64,000 bases of DNA from Candidatus Saccharicenans sp. (GTDB taxonomy: Bacteria > Acidobacteriota > Aminicenantia > Aminicenantales > Saccharicenantaceae), in the NCBI GenBank assembly GCA_029907135.1, contig JARYMJ010000005.1, forward strand, positions 446 through 64,445, written 5' to 3'. Below are positions 17,039-26,420 of this stretch, one piece after another. A program made the translations under genes and the position numbers. Under the pieces are notes generated by a model. That model searched no databases. It had not been told where the DNA came from and saw nothing but the letters and a program-made list of their open reading frames with translations. Every line of letters starts with the position of its first letter. Positions within the stretch are counted from its first letter, which is position 1.

Positions 17039-19426
17039 ATGAAAAATAAAGCTCTCCTTTTTTTCCTGAGTTTCAGCCTGTTGCTGGGGTTGCTGTCTTT
17101 TACTGGCCTGTCCCAGGCCCCAAAGAAACCGGTCCGGATTCAGAATACCCCGGCCGAGTTCAGGCTGAAGGCTTTTGAACAGCACCGGCAGCTACAGGCC
17201 AGTTCACCCCTTCACGGGTTGAAATGGCAATTTCTGGGTCCGGTCAATGTTAGCGGCCGTTGCACCGACGTGGCTGTGGTCATACCCCGGGGGAAAAGTT
17301 ATACCATCTTCGTCGGCACTGCTTCCGGGGGTGTCTGGAAAACAGAGAATGAAGGCACCACCTGGGAGCCAATTTTTGAACGGGAACTTTCCAGCTCCAT
17401 CGGGGATATTGCCCTGGCGCCTTTGGACCCGAGGATTATTTGGGTGGGCACAGGAGAAGCCAATATTTTTCGCAGTTCCCATCCCGGTAGCGGTCTCTAT
17501 AAATCGGTGGATGGCGGGAAGACCTGGAAACATCAGGGTTTGACCGATACCAACACCATCGCCAGGATAGTCATTCACCCGGCTAATCCGGATGTGGTTT
17601 ACGTGGCCGCTTCCGGCCATGAATGGACTTTCAATGAGGAGAGGGGAGTTTACAAAACCACTGACGGTGGGGCTACCTGGACCAAGGTCCTCTATGTCAA
17701 CGACCAGACCGGAGCCATTGACCTGGCCCTGGACCCGACCAACCCGGAAACGGTCTATGCCGTTACCTGGCAGAGAATCAGAAAGAAATGGAATGACCCC
17801 AGAAACGAGCCCCATTATACGGGCAGCGGGATCTGGAAGTCCATCGACGGCGGCCGCAGCTGGAAGCAGATCAACCAGGGATTGCCCGAAGCCAGGTTCC
17901 GGGGACGAATCGGGATTGACCTCTGCTTGAAAAATCCAAAAGTCCTGTATGCCCTGGTAGATAATTATGAAATTGCCAGGGCCCCGAGCGAGGAAGAGAA
18001 AAACGATGCCTACGGATTGCCCAATACCGGGATCATAAAAGGGGCCACTGTTTACCGCTCTGACGATGGCGGCGAGACCTGGAAACTTACCGCCCCGCAG
18101 AGCGAGGAGATGAAAAGATACCTGGAAAACCATTCCGGCACCTACGGTTGGGTTTTCGGCCAGATCAGGGTCGACCCGAGCGACCCGGACCGGGTTTACA
18201 TCATGGGGGTCCCGATGAGCGTTTCCTGGGACGGAGGCCGAACCTTTACCCGAGTGCCCAATTTGTATCACGTGGACCATCACGGCCTGTGGATAGACCC
18301 GGATAATTCCAACTATCTGGTCAACGTCAACGACGGCGGGATTGAGATTTCCTACGACGGCGGTCAGAACTGGAAAAATTCCAGACTGACGCTTCCGGTG
18401 TGCCAGTTTTTCAACCTTAATTATGACTTTGATACTCCTTTTCATGTCTATGGCTCGATGCAAGACCATGGCAGCTACCGGGCAGCGGTTGACCTCAGCC
18501 GGGGTCGAAATAATATCCGTCCGGTGGAGTTTGAAAGGGCCCCAGGCGGCGAGGGCTCTCACCACGCAATCGACCCGACCAATCCCAACCTGGTTTACTC
18601 CTGTGGTTTTTACGGGAACCTGACCAGGACCGACCTCAGCCGGAGCGGACCCGAACGCAGCAAACTGATAGTACCCCGGGTCTATCCGGATGAACCCAGG
18701 TTGCGCGGCCAGTGGCTGGCCCATTTCATCCTTTCTCCCCATAACCCCAACATCATCTATCACGGAATGCAGTATCTTTTCCGCTCCCTGGACAGAGGTG
18801 ATACCTGGGAAAGAATAAGTTCGGATTTGACCTATTTTACCCCGGCTGAAAGCGGTGATATCCCTTATCACACCATCACCGCCATCTCCGAATCGCCCCT
18901 GAAATACGGGCTGATCTATGTGGGTACCGACTGCGGGCGGGTATCAGTAACTCGAGATGGAGGCCGGAGCTGGCAGGAAATTACGGCCGGATTGCCTTAC
19001 CAGAAGTGGGTGTCCAGAATCGTGGCCAGCCAATACGAAATGGGCACCGTTTACCTGACGCAGCAGGGTCGGTACGATGATGACTTTGCTCCCTATGTCT
19101 GGATGTCCCGGGATTTTGGCCGGACCTGGGTGGATATTGCTAAGGGTCTGCCGCTCGGCCCGGTGAATGTTATCAGAGAAGACTCGGTGGACTCGAATAT
19201 TCTGTATGTCGGGACTGACCTGGGGGTCTATGTCTCCAGAGACCGTGGCCAGACCTGGCAGGTGCTGGGAGGCAATCTGCCTTCGGTTTATGTTCATGAT
19301 CTTATCGTTCACCCCAGGGATAATGTTATCGTCATCGCCACTCACGGCCGGGGGATGTGGGTGATGGACGCCGACCCGATCAACGAAAAACCGAAAAGAA
19401 TCAGAAGAAGATATTTTGAGGATTAA
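17039..19426 (+). CDS. Secreted sortilin/VPS10-type BNR (Asp-box) beta-propeller protein, paralog 1 (commonly auto-annotated glycosyl hydrolase, GH74-like)
   Basis: Signal peptide and N-terminal block GTASGGVWKTENEGTTWEPIF. Many Asp-boxes are present: SVDGGKTW, TTDGGATW, SIDGGRSW, SDDGGETW, TRDGGRSW, SRDFGRTW, SRDRGQTW. The C-terminal block is ATHGRGMWVMD. Confidence 0.75.
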   Translation: MKNKALLFFLSFSLLLGLLSFTGLSQAPKKPVRIQNTPAEFRLKAFEQHRQLQASSPLHGLKWQFLGPVNVSGRCTDVAVVIPRGKSYTIFVGTASGGVWKTENEGTTWEPIFERELSSSIGDIALAPLDPRIIWVGTGEANIFRSSHPGSGLYKSVDGGKTWKHQGLTDTNTIARIVIHPANPDVVYVAASGHEWTFNEERGVYKTTDGGATWTKVLYVNDQTGAIDLALDPTNPETVYAVTWQRIRKKWNDPRNEPHYTGSGIWKSIDGGRSWKQINQGLPEARFRGRIGIDLCLKNPKVLYALVDNYEIARAPSEEEKNDAYGLPNTGIIKGATVYRSDDGGETWKLTAPQSEEMKRYLENHSGTYGWVFGQIRVDPSDPDRVYIMGVPMSVSWDGGRTFTRVPNLYHVDHHGLWIDPDNSNYLVNVNDGGIEISYDGGQNWKNSRLTLPVCQFFNLNYDFDTPFHVYGSMQDHGSYRAAVDLSRGRNNIRPVEFERAPGGEGSHHAIDPTNPNLVYSCGFYGNLTRTDLSRSGPERSKLIVPRVYPDEPRLRGQWLAHFILSPHNPNIIYHGMQYLFRSLDRGDTWERISSDLTYFTPAESGDIPYHTITAISESPLKYGLIYVGTDCGRVSVTRDGGRSWQEITAGLPYQKWVSRIVASQYEMGTVYLTQQGRYDDDFAPYVWMSRDFGRTWVDIAKGLPLGPVNVIREDSVDSNILYVGTDLGVYVSRDRGQTWQVLGGNLPSVYVHDLIVHPRDNVIVIATHGRGMWVMDADPINEKPKRIRRRYFED

Positions 19427-19485
19427 AAATTTATAGATCAGTAACAGAAATAGCCTGTTTTTGAGTAGACGGCTCAGGCAAAAAG

Positions 19486-19911
19486 ATGAAGACTGGCAGT
19501 TTCTTTGTAACGGTCAACCTGGAATGGCCCGGCATAGCGGCCATCCTTATGGTAATGATACTTTTTACTGGTCTAAGCCAGGTTGCCTGCTCCAGAGAAG
19601 AGCCCAGCCCCCGGGAAGAGGTCTGGCTCCAAGAAGAAATCCCTGAAGGCCAGAAGCCGGCACCGCCGCCACCACCAAAAATCACGGAAGAAATCTACGT
19701 GGAAATAACGGCCAGGTCGGCCCTGATCTTTGATAAATACAAAGAAGACCTGGATGAGGCCCACCGTCAGATGGACCTGGTCTACCAGAAATTCAGGATA
19801 ACCTTTGCCGATTACGACCGTTACCGGAAAAGCCTGCCCGCCGATAAAAAAAGGCAGCTGGAAAAACGGGTTCAGGAATTCATTCAAAAAATATCCAAAG
19901 AATATTATTAG
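19486..19911 (+). CDS. Hypothetical small lipoprotein/secreted protein
   Basis: Hydrophobic N-terminus ending LSQVAC (possible lipobox), a proline tract APPPPPK, then a helical KE-rich domain. A hairpin terminator follows. Confidence 0.45.
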   Translation: MKTGSFFVTVNLEWPGIAAILMVMILFTGLSQVACSREEPSPREEVWLQEEIPEGQKPAPPPPPKITEEIYVEITARSALIFDKYKEDLDEAHRQMDLVYQKFRITFADYDRYRKSLPADKKRQLEKRVQEFIQKISKEYY

Positions 19912-19912
19912 C

Positions 19913-19934
19913 AGCCAGGATGGCCTGGCTTTTG
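19913..19934 (+). terminator. Rho-independent terminator candidate
   Basis: AGCCAGG-atgg-CCTGGCT forms a perfect 7-bp stem followed by TTTG. It begins 2 nt after the stop codon at 19909..19911. Confidence 0.5.
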
Positions 19935-20106
19935 CCTGTGAGCAGCCTGTCTCGAACCCGGCTGTTTAACCATTAATCAGTCTTACCCGGAAATTTCGAC
20001 CGAGATGTTTTATCAGTTAGGGGATGTATTTTTGCCATATTTTTGTTTTAAGATTTATCAGGATTTATTAAAATTAATAGGCAAAAAGAATGGAGAGGTT
20101 AGTCTT

Positions 20107-21150
20107 ATGAACAGACGAAATTTTCTGGCCGGTTTGTTTTCAAGCGGTTTTATTTACGGACGGCTGGCTGGCCGCCCGGCCCGGGACCGCGGTCAGCCCC
20201 AGGCTGAATTAATCGACCGGGTTAAACTGGCCATGCTGACCATGCAGAGACAGGCCTGGGAACAGGGAGTGGCAGCCCAGGCCCTGCTGGAGTTAGGGGA
20301 GGAGCGTCTGGTGATCATGCTGGCCCGGGAAGCCGTTCTACGGCAGTGGGATGATGGCCGCCTGGGACAGGTCTGTGATAACCACGGAGTCACCGACCCT
20401 GGTGCCAATGGCGAGGCGGTCCTGTATGCTGCTCGCCGCTTGCAGGACAAGAAGATGGTGGAAGCAGCTAGGAAGCAGGCCGAGTACTTCCTTAAGACCG
20501 CACCCCGAACCGAAGATGGGGTTATATTTCACATAGATAACAAGCCCCAACTCTGGATAGATTCAATGTATATGTGCCCTCCATTCCTGGCCGTCATGGG
20601 ATATTACCGAGAAGCCCTGTTCCAAGTGGAAGGTTTAAGAAAGTACCTGTGGAATTCAAGCCAAAAGCTTTTTTCCCATATTTATGATTATGGTCTGAAA
20701 CAATTTGCCAGGCAGGATTTCTGGGGTGTGGGCAATGGCTGGGCGGCTGCCGGGATGACCAGGGTGCTGCGGGCCCTGCCCCCCGAATTAAAAGAAGAAA
20801 GGAAGAGACTGGCCCGGTACATTAAGGACCTGCTGGACGGTTGCATCAGATTCCAGCGGGAGGACGGATTGTTCCATGACGTGCTGGACAACCCCCGAAC
20901 CTTTGTCGAAACCAACCTGGCCCAGATGCTGGCCTATACCATTTACCGCAACGTTCAGCTGGGCTGGCTGAATCGGGATTACCTGAAAAAAGCTGAAAGA
21001 CTACGCCAGGCGGTTCTGGGAAAAGTGGACGAACTGGGCTATGTCAATGATGTCTGCGGTTCGCCCCTGTTCCAATCACCGGGAGTGGCCACCGAAGGCC
21101 AGGCTTTTTTTCTGCTGATGGAGGCCGCCAGGAGAGACCTGCTGGGCTAA
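20107..21150 (+). CDS. Glycoside hydrolase family 88/105-like (unsaturated glucuronyl/rhamnogalacturonyl hydrolase fold), Tat/Sec-exported
   Basis: ATG 20107 follows GGAGAGG and opens MNRRNFLAGLFSSG, a twin-arginine-like signal. WIDSMYMCPPFLA and FWGVGNGWAAAGM are blocks characteristic of Glyco_hydro_88. The track start at 20005 is probably a spurious extension. Confidence 0.65.
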   Translation: MNRRNFLAGLFSSGFIYGRLAGRPARDRGQPQAELIDRVKLAMLTMQRQAWEQGVAAQALLELGEERLVIMLAREAVLRQWDDGRLGQVCDNHGVTDPGANGEAVLYAARRLQDKKMVEAARKQAEYFLKTAPRTEDGVIFHIDNKPQLWIDSMYMCPPFLAVMGYYREALFQVEGLRKYLWNSSQKLFSHIYDYGLKQFARQDFWGVGNGWAAAGMTRVLRALPPELKEERKRLARYIKDLLDGCIRFQREDGLFHDVLDNPRTFVETNLAQMLAYTIYRNVQLGWLNRDYLKKAERLRQAVLGKVDELGYVNDVCGSPLFQSPGVATEGQAFFLLMEAARRDLLG

Positions 21151-21158
21151 AAGCTCAG

Positions 21159-21623
21159 TCAGCCCTGGGTTTCCGGGCGGTTGGTCTGGATAAATCTTTC
21201 TATCCTGTCTCTCAACTGGTCTCGAATTTCCCTGACCCGGTCCATTTTCTCCTGTTCTGACAGGTCTTCTCTGGTCGGGTCCGGAAATGGCCAGTTGGTC
21301 ATTCTGGTAACTCCGGGGAAAATCGGACACCGTTCAGCACTGGCCGGGTCACACAGAGTAATAACATAAGCAAAAAGCTCGCCCCGGGTATAGAGGTCAA
21401 AAACGCTCTTGGTAGGTTGAGCAGAAACATCCAGACCAACTTCCCTCATAGCGGCTACGGCCAGCGGCGAGAGCTGACCGGCTTCAAAGCCAGCGCTGCT
21501 CCCGACAAAATCGCCCTGACCCAGGTGGTTCAGCCAGGCCTCGGCCATCTGGCTACTCAGGCCATTGTCCTCATCAACAAATAAAACTCTAATTTTTTCC
21601 ACGGTGCCTATCTCTCTTTTCAA
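21159..21623 (-). CDS. ArsC/LMW-PTP-fold protein with degenerate P-loop
   Basis: Aligns by eye with thioredoxin-coupled ArsC: ...SSQMAEAW..., ITLCDPASAERCPIFPG, NWPFPDP. The CX5R loop reads VLFVDEDNGLSSQ, so the catalytic Cys is replaced by Asp and the Arg by Ser. Confidence 0.6.
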   Translation of the reverse strand: MKREIGTVEKIRVLFVDEDNGLSSQMAEAWLNHLGQGDFVGSSAGFEAGQLSPLAVAAMREVGLDVSAQPTKSVFDLYTRGELFAYVITLCDPASAERCPIFPGVTRMTNWPFPDPTREDLSEQEKMDRVREIRDQLRDRIERFIQTNRPETQG

Positions 21624-21721
21624 CGATTATTAATTTTCCCACCTTTAATTTAATATGGCAATAATATTATTTTTTTATTATGATAGGGTTAAAAAATATG
21701 AAAAAAGACGGGGAGGGCAGT

Positions 21722-21940
21722 ATGAAAAAAAACATGGGTGCCTTGGATAGGACCATCAGGACTGTGCTAGCCATTATCATGGCCATCCTGGTCCTGACCG
21801 GCCTGGTTAAGGGGACACTGGCCTATATTCTGGTGATTCTGACGGTTGTTTTTCTGGCCACCAGCCTGGCTGGCTTCTGTCCGCTGTACGTTCCCCTGGG
21901 TCTGTCTACCCTGGGCAAGAAAAAAACAGAAGGCCAGTAA
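21722..21940 (+). CDS. DUF2892 (YgaP C-terminal-like) small membrane protein
   Basis: LDRTIRTVLAIIMAILVLTG...ATSLAGFCPLYVPLGLST is the typical DUF2892 two-helix motif. ATG 21722 follows GGAGGG. The track ORF begins at 21680. Confidence 0.65.
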   Translation: MKKNMGALDRTIRTVLAIIMAILVLTGLVKGTLAYILVILTVVFLATSLAGFCPLYVPLGLSTLGKKKTEGQ

Positions 21941-22051
21941 ACGGTCAGAATTAAACCCCAAGAATCTAGGAATCAGGATTTTCTTTATAACCTGAAACTT
22001 TTGTTTGCGGTCAGCCTGGGTAAAGGGTAAAATGAGAAAGTCTGGATTTTC

Positions 22052-22813
22052 ATGCGCTCAGGCGAAGTCAAGTCAACTAAAATATCCAAAGTAAAAAAGG
22101 CCCTGGTTTACAGCTTAAAAAATATGGCCGACCCCGGTCTGGCCCGGTCGAGCCAGAGATTTTTCCCGGAAAGAATTACCTGTTATGGAATCAGGGCCGA
22201 AAACCTGCGCCGGCTCACCCAGGAACTCTACCAGCAGGTCAAGGCGGACTGGACGGAAAAGGAAGCCCTGAGACTGGTTGAAAACCTGCTCCAGGAAAAA
22301 GAATTGGAAAGCCGGTTGGTCGGCCTGATCTTCCTCGGGTATTTCAAGGACCGGTTAAAGGCTGGGCATCTTGAGAATTTGGCCTCCTGGTTAAAGAAGG
22401 GACGCCTGGACAACTGGGCTCTGATTGATACCTTTTCCCTTGAAGTCCTGTCTCCTTTTCTGTTAGAAAATCCGATCCATTTAAAAAAAATCGCCGCCTG
22501 GATTGAAGATAAAAATACTTACTTAAAACGAGCCGGGCTGGTGGCGCTGATAAAACCGGCCAGGAAGAAACAGCACCTGTCTTTCATTTTCAGCATGGCC
22601 AATCGGGCCGTTTCCGGGGCAGAGGTTGACGACCTGGTGGCCAAAGCTGGCGGTTGGTTGTTGCGTGAAGCTGGCCGTTACGAACCGAAATCGCTGGAGA
22701 GTTTTTTACGAAGATACGGGAAGAAATGGCCCCGGCTGACGGTCAGATATGCCTTGGAGAAATTTCCGCCAGATAAAAGAAAGCGTTTATTGCAAATAAC
22801 AAAAAATAATTAA
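22052..22813 (+). CDS. DNA alkylation repair protein (AlkD-like HEAT-repeat family)
   Basis: The 253-aa length and the blocks RFFPE...YGIR, DNWALID, AGGWLLREAG and RYALEKF are typical of the DNA_alkylation family. Confidence 0.65.
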   Translation: MRSGEVKSTKISKVKKALVYSLKNMADPGLARSSQRFFPERITCYGIRAENLRRLTQELYQQVKADWTEKEALRLVENLLQEKELESRLVGLIFLGYFKDRLKAGHLENLASWLKKGRLDNWALIDTFSLEVLSPFLLENPIHLKKIAAWIEDKNTYLKRAGLVALIKPARKKQHLSFIFSMANRAVSGAEVDDLVAKAGGWLLREAGRYEPKSLESFLRRYGKKWPRLTVRYALEKFPPDKRKRLLQITKNN

Positions 22814-22825
22814 ATAGGAGGTTTC

Positions 22826-25800
22826 ATGTTTTACCTGACTCCAAAAATTGTAAGGGCAAAATACTTGCTGTGCGTCTGGCTGATGTTCCTTCTCCTGATC
22901 CCGGTCTTTGGTGCCCAGTTCGGCTCACCCGAAGAAGCCAGGAAGCCGGCTGTCTTTTCGGATAAGATTCCGCTAACCCAGAAAGACCTGGAGCTTTTCA
23001 CCTGGCGGCATATCGGCCCCTGGACTTTCTCCGGCCGGATTACCAATTTTGCCGTACCGCCGGGACAGAGCCAGACTTATTATGTCCTGACTGCTTCCGG
23101 AGGTCTGTGGAAGACGGTAGACGGGGGGATTCACTTTGAGCCAATCTTTGAGAAATATGGTAATCAGAGCCTGGGTTATCTGGCCATCGCTCCCTCCAAT
23201 CCGAACATCCTGTACCTGGGAACTGGTGAACCCATCCACAGCCGGGCGGCCTATCACGGCAACGGAGTCTGGAAATCCACCGATGCCGGAAAGACCTGGA
23301 CCAATGTCGGGTTGGAAAAGAGCTATTTCATAAATAAAATCGAGGTCGATGCCACCAACCCCGATATCGTGTACGTAGCAGCTGAAGGCAAACTCTATGA
23401 TGACACCGACCAGGATTGCGAACGCGGACTCTATAAATCGATTGACGGGGGAAAGACCTGGCAGAGAGTTCTGGACCTCAAGGACCGAGTGGTGGGCGAT
23501 TTCGTCCTGGACCCGAACAATTCACAGGTGGTCATCGCCGCCGGCTACAAAGTCTACCGGAGGACCTGGACTTTCCTCGACCGGCAACCGGGCAACTATC
23601 TCTGGAAAACAACTGATGGCGGTCAGACCTGGAAAAAGCTGAGCGCCGGGCTGCCCGACCTGGGACAGCTGAAGACCGGGCGCAACGGTCTGGCCATCTA
23701 TCCCAAAAATCCCAGCATTGTTTATTTGCGGCTGGATGAAGAGGTCAACCTCGGTTTAAGCGAGCGGGAAGGGGCCGGCCTGTATAACCAGCGGGCCCTT
23801 TTCCGTGATGGCTTTTACCTGAATAAATTTAAGGACTACACGCCGCGGCCGGAGCTGGCTAAATACGTTAAGTTTGAGCATCTTAAGGCGGATAAGGTTG
23901 AAGACCTGGTCAATAAGCTCAACGACCTGGTCCGCGACCCTGATTTTCAAACCAAGACTTCGGTCAACTGGAAAGGGCTGCTGGCTGCCGCCAGGAAAGC
24001 TTATGCCCGGAATGAGGAAGCCCTGGGGGCCGTGGAGGAAGCAGAAAAAATAGTCAGGAAAGCCGAAGCCGGAGAAAAAGATCTGCTCCAGTTAAACCGC
24101 CTGGTGCTGACCGCCCTGCTGGCTGAGGCCAAAGGCTTTGACCCGGTCGGATTCAAGATCACCGACCGCAGCCAAGTGGCCGTTAATAAAAATTTCCAGG
24201 ACAGTCTGACCTATGATGAAAAATATGTAAAAGACGAGGGCCAGCTGTTGGATAATCTCCAGAAACTGGCCACCGATCCCAACCTGCTCCTCAAATTGAA
24301 AATCAACCCGGGTGCTGTCTTCAACCGGGCCAAGACGGCTTACAAGGAGCGAAAAGAAATACTCGAGCTACTGAAGGAAGGAGAAAACCTGGCCAAAGAT
24401 TATGACCAGGTCAAAGGACGTTACCAGACGCTCAACCGCTGTCTGCTCGATGTCCTCTATGCCGAGGCTTTGCAGGCTATGAAGCCGGTTAAGAAGGCTG
24501 GGGTTATCTACCGCTCTGACGACCAGGGCGAGACCTGGAAAAGAATGACCGAATACAAGATGAGCGGCGGCAGTGAAATTGTCAACCAGGTTGAAGCTGG
24601 CTACTACGGGCGTCTGACCGTCGACCCCAACGATGATAAAGTGCTCATTGCCCCGGAGACCAGGACGGTCATTTCCAGGGATTCAGGTCGGACTTTCCAG
24701 TTTGCCAACTGGGAAGGCAACAAGAAGTGCCATGTTGATTCCCGGGCGGTCTGGATCGACCCCCTGAACTCTAAGCATATCCTTAACGGCAACGACGGTG
24801 GAGTCAGTGAAACCTGGGACGGCGGCCTACACTGGTCGCAGAAAGAAACCATCCCGGCCCAGCAATTTTATGATGTTTCGGTGGACAACGAACTGCCCTA
24901 TAACGTCATGGGTGGTACCCAGGACAACGGCTGCTGGTTCGGGCCTTCCCGCAATCGTAACCCCAACGGGGTTTACCCGGCCGACTGGCTGTACCTGCCA
25001 TCGGGCGATGGGTTTTACGTGGTTCGTGACTGGTGGAACCCAGAATACATTTACTGGGAAAGTCAGTTTGGTGCCTCCCGCCGGATGAATTTCAAGACCG
25101 GTGAAAGCATCTCCCTGGCCCGGCGCAACACCCCGGAAGAAGAAGCCGCCGGAGTCCCCGCCCAGCGTTATCAATGGGACGCCCCGATTTACCTGTCCCC
25201 TCATAACCCTGGCATCGTCTTTGTCTGTTCCCAGTTTGTTCATCGGTCCCTAAGCCACGGCGACCCCGATACCTGGGAGACCATTTCTCCCGACCTGAGC
25301 AAGCAGAATAAAGAAAGAATAGACCTGTCCAAGAAAACTAACCTGCAGTACGCCACCATCTACACTTTTGCTGAGTCTCCCAAGAAGCCTGGTATTTACT
25401 GGGCCGGAACCGATGACGGTAACCTTCAATTGAGTACCAACTTTGGGCAGAGCTGGACCAATATTACGACAAATTTTTATGATGCCAAAGGAAAACCAAA
25501 GCCAGGCCGCAAAGGGGCACTTATTCCCTATGACCGCTGGGTGATGAGAGTCCAGCCCAGCCAGCATGCGACCAATACCTGCTACGTAATCTATTCCGGT
25601 TATCGCACCCACAACGAGGACCGAACCTATGCCTTTGTCACCCGGGACCTGGGCCAGACCTGGGAAGACATTTCTGGCGGTCTGAATTGCCCAGCCAATG
25701 ATATTGAAGAAGATCCCCACAATCCCAACATTCTGTACCTGGCCACTGACTATGGCTTGTTTGTAACTTTCGACCAGGGCAAGAACTGGATGCGGATGAC

Positions 25801-26341
25801 TGGACCTCAGGTCCCGGACGTGGTCATCAACGACCTGGCCATCCAGAAACGGGATCGAGAAATGATCATTGCCACTTACGGGCGGGGGATTTACATCACC
25901 GATATCTATCCCTTCAAAGAATTCAAAGAAGAAACTTTCAATAAAAATGCCCACCTGTTTGAAATCCAGGAAGGAATTCTCTGGAGGTTGAACGACCGCC
26001 GGGGCCAGTCCTATGGCGAATTTGCCAGTTCCCCCAACCCGCCGGTAGGCGTGAACATCTACTATTATCTTAAGCAACAAGCCTCCAAGCTGACCGTGGT
26101 CATAAAAGATTTTGAGGGCCAGGTGGTCCAGGAGATTAACGGGGCAGTGTCCCCGAGATTGCAGAGAGTTTTCTGGGGCCTCAACCGCCGGACCACCCAG
26201 GCTCCTGGCCAGTTCGGCTTTGGCCGCGGTATGGAGGCCCGGATGGTGGAACCAGGTCTTTATCGGGCCAGCTTGCTGGTTGACGGCCAGGAGGTGATGA
26301 GTCGGACGATTAAAGTCAACCCGGACCCGCTGTATAAATAG
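22826..26341 (+). CDS. Secreted sortilin/VPS10-type BNR propeller protein, paralog 2, with ~250-aa helical insertion and C-terminal Ig-like module
   Basis: RBS AGGAGG and a signal peptide. N-terminal block LTASGGLWKTVDGGIHFEPIF. Asp-boxes: STDAGKTW, SIDGGKTW, TTDGGQTW, SDDQGETW, TRDLGQTW, FDQGKNW. C-terminal block ATYGRGIYITD, followed by an Ig-like tail. Confidence 0.75.
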   Translation: MFYLTPKIVRAKYLLCVWLMFLLLIPVFGAQFGSPEEARKPAVFSDKIPLTQKDLELFTWRHIGPWTFSGRITNFAVPPGQSQTYYVLTASGGLWKTVDGGIHFEPIFEKYGNQSLGYLAIAPSNPNILYLGTGEPIHSRAAYHGNGVWKSTDAGKTWTNVGLEKSYFINKIEVDATNPDIVYVAAEGKLYDDTDQDCERGLYKSIDGGKTWQRVLDLKDRVVGDFVLDPNNSQVVIAAGYKVYRRTWTFLDRQPGNYLWKTTDGGQTWKKLSAGLPDLGQLKTGRNGLAIYPKNPSIVYLRLDEEVNLGLSEREGAGLYNQRALFRDGFYLNKFKDYTPRPELAKYVKFEHLKADKVEDLVNKLNDLVRDPDFQTKTSVNWKGLLAAARKAYARNEEALGAVEEAEKIVRKAEAGEKDLLQLNRLVLTALLAEAKGFDPVGFKITDRSQVAVNKNFQDSLTYDEKYVKDEGQLLDNLQKLATDPNLLLKLKINPGAVFNRAKTAYKERKEILELLKEGENLAKDYDQVKGRYQTLNRCLLDVLYAEALQAMKPVKKAGVIYRSDDQGETWKRMTEYKMSGGSEIVNQVEAGYYGRLTVDPNDDKVLIAPETRTVISRDSGRTFQFANWEGNKKCHVDSRAVWIDPLNSKHILNGNDGGVSETWDGGLHWSQKETIPAQQFYDVSVDNELPYNVMGGTQDNGCWFGPSRNRNPNGVYPADWLYLPSGDGFYVVRDWWNPEYIYWESQFGASRRMNFKTGESISLARRNTPEEEAAGVPAQRYQWDAPIYLSPHNPGIVFVCSQFVHRSLSHGDPDTWETISPDLSKQNKERIDLSKKTNLQYATIYTFAESPKKPGIYWAGTDDGNLQLSTNFGQSWTNITTNFYDAKGKPKPGRKGALIPYDRWVMRVQPSQHATNTCYVIYSGYRTHNEDRTYAFVTRDLGQTWEDISGGLNCPANDIEEDPHNPNILYLATDYGLFVTFDQGKNWMRMTGPQVPDVVINDLAIQKRDREMIIATYGRGIYITDIYPFKEFKEETFNKNAHLFEIQEGILWRLNDRRGQSYGEFASSPNPPVGVNIYYYLKQQASKLTVVIKDFEGQVVQEINGAVSPRLQRVFWGLNRRTTQAPGQFGFGRGMEARMVEPGLYRASLLVDGQEVMSRTIKVNPDPLYK

Positions 26342-26367
26342 GCATTAATTTAAGCCTGAATGGCCAG

Positions 26368-26390
26368 GCCGGCCACCGACAGTGGCTGGC
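26368..26390 (+). terminator. Hairpin, weak terminator candidate
   Basis: GCCGGCCAC-cgaca-GTGGCTGGC forms a 9-bp stem with one G-U pair, 27 nt after the stop. The T-tract (TTCT) is weak. Confidence 0.3.
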
Positions 26391-26420
26391 TTCTGGCCGG
26401 ATTAAAAAAGGAGAGGAAAG

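Noticed and set aside
17204-18871. A very long antisense ORF (555 aa) lies inside VPS10 paralog 1. Many other 150-370-aa antisense ORFs appear in the track: 3030..3689, 4780..5370, 10223..10975, 25250..26080, 27774..28346, 32405..33529, 35975..36655, 44719..45468, 46137..46802, 47625..48293, 51573..52220, 53780..54586, 60409..60894 and 63057..63959. These could be overprinted genes.
   Set aside because: By arithmetic, each of them lies in the antisense frame whose codons are the exact reverse complements of the sense codons; 32405..33529 fits this over its stretch within 32612..34768. In that frame, stops arise only from sense TTA, CTA or TCA codons, which this genome evidently uses rarely. 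Their translations are low-complexity and Gly/Pro/Arg-rich, with no motifs, RBS or signal features. They are shadow ORFs caused by codon bias.
20005-20106. A 34-codon N-terminal extension of the GH88/105-like ORF.
   Set aside because: The extension lies in AT-rich sequence right after a terminator. The internal ATG 20107 has a GGAGAGG RBS and starts a twin-arginine-type signal (MNRRNFLAG).
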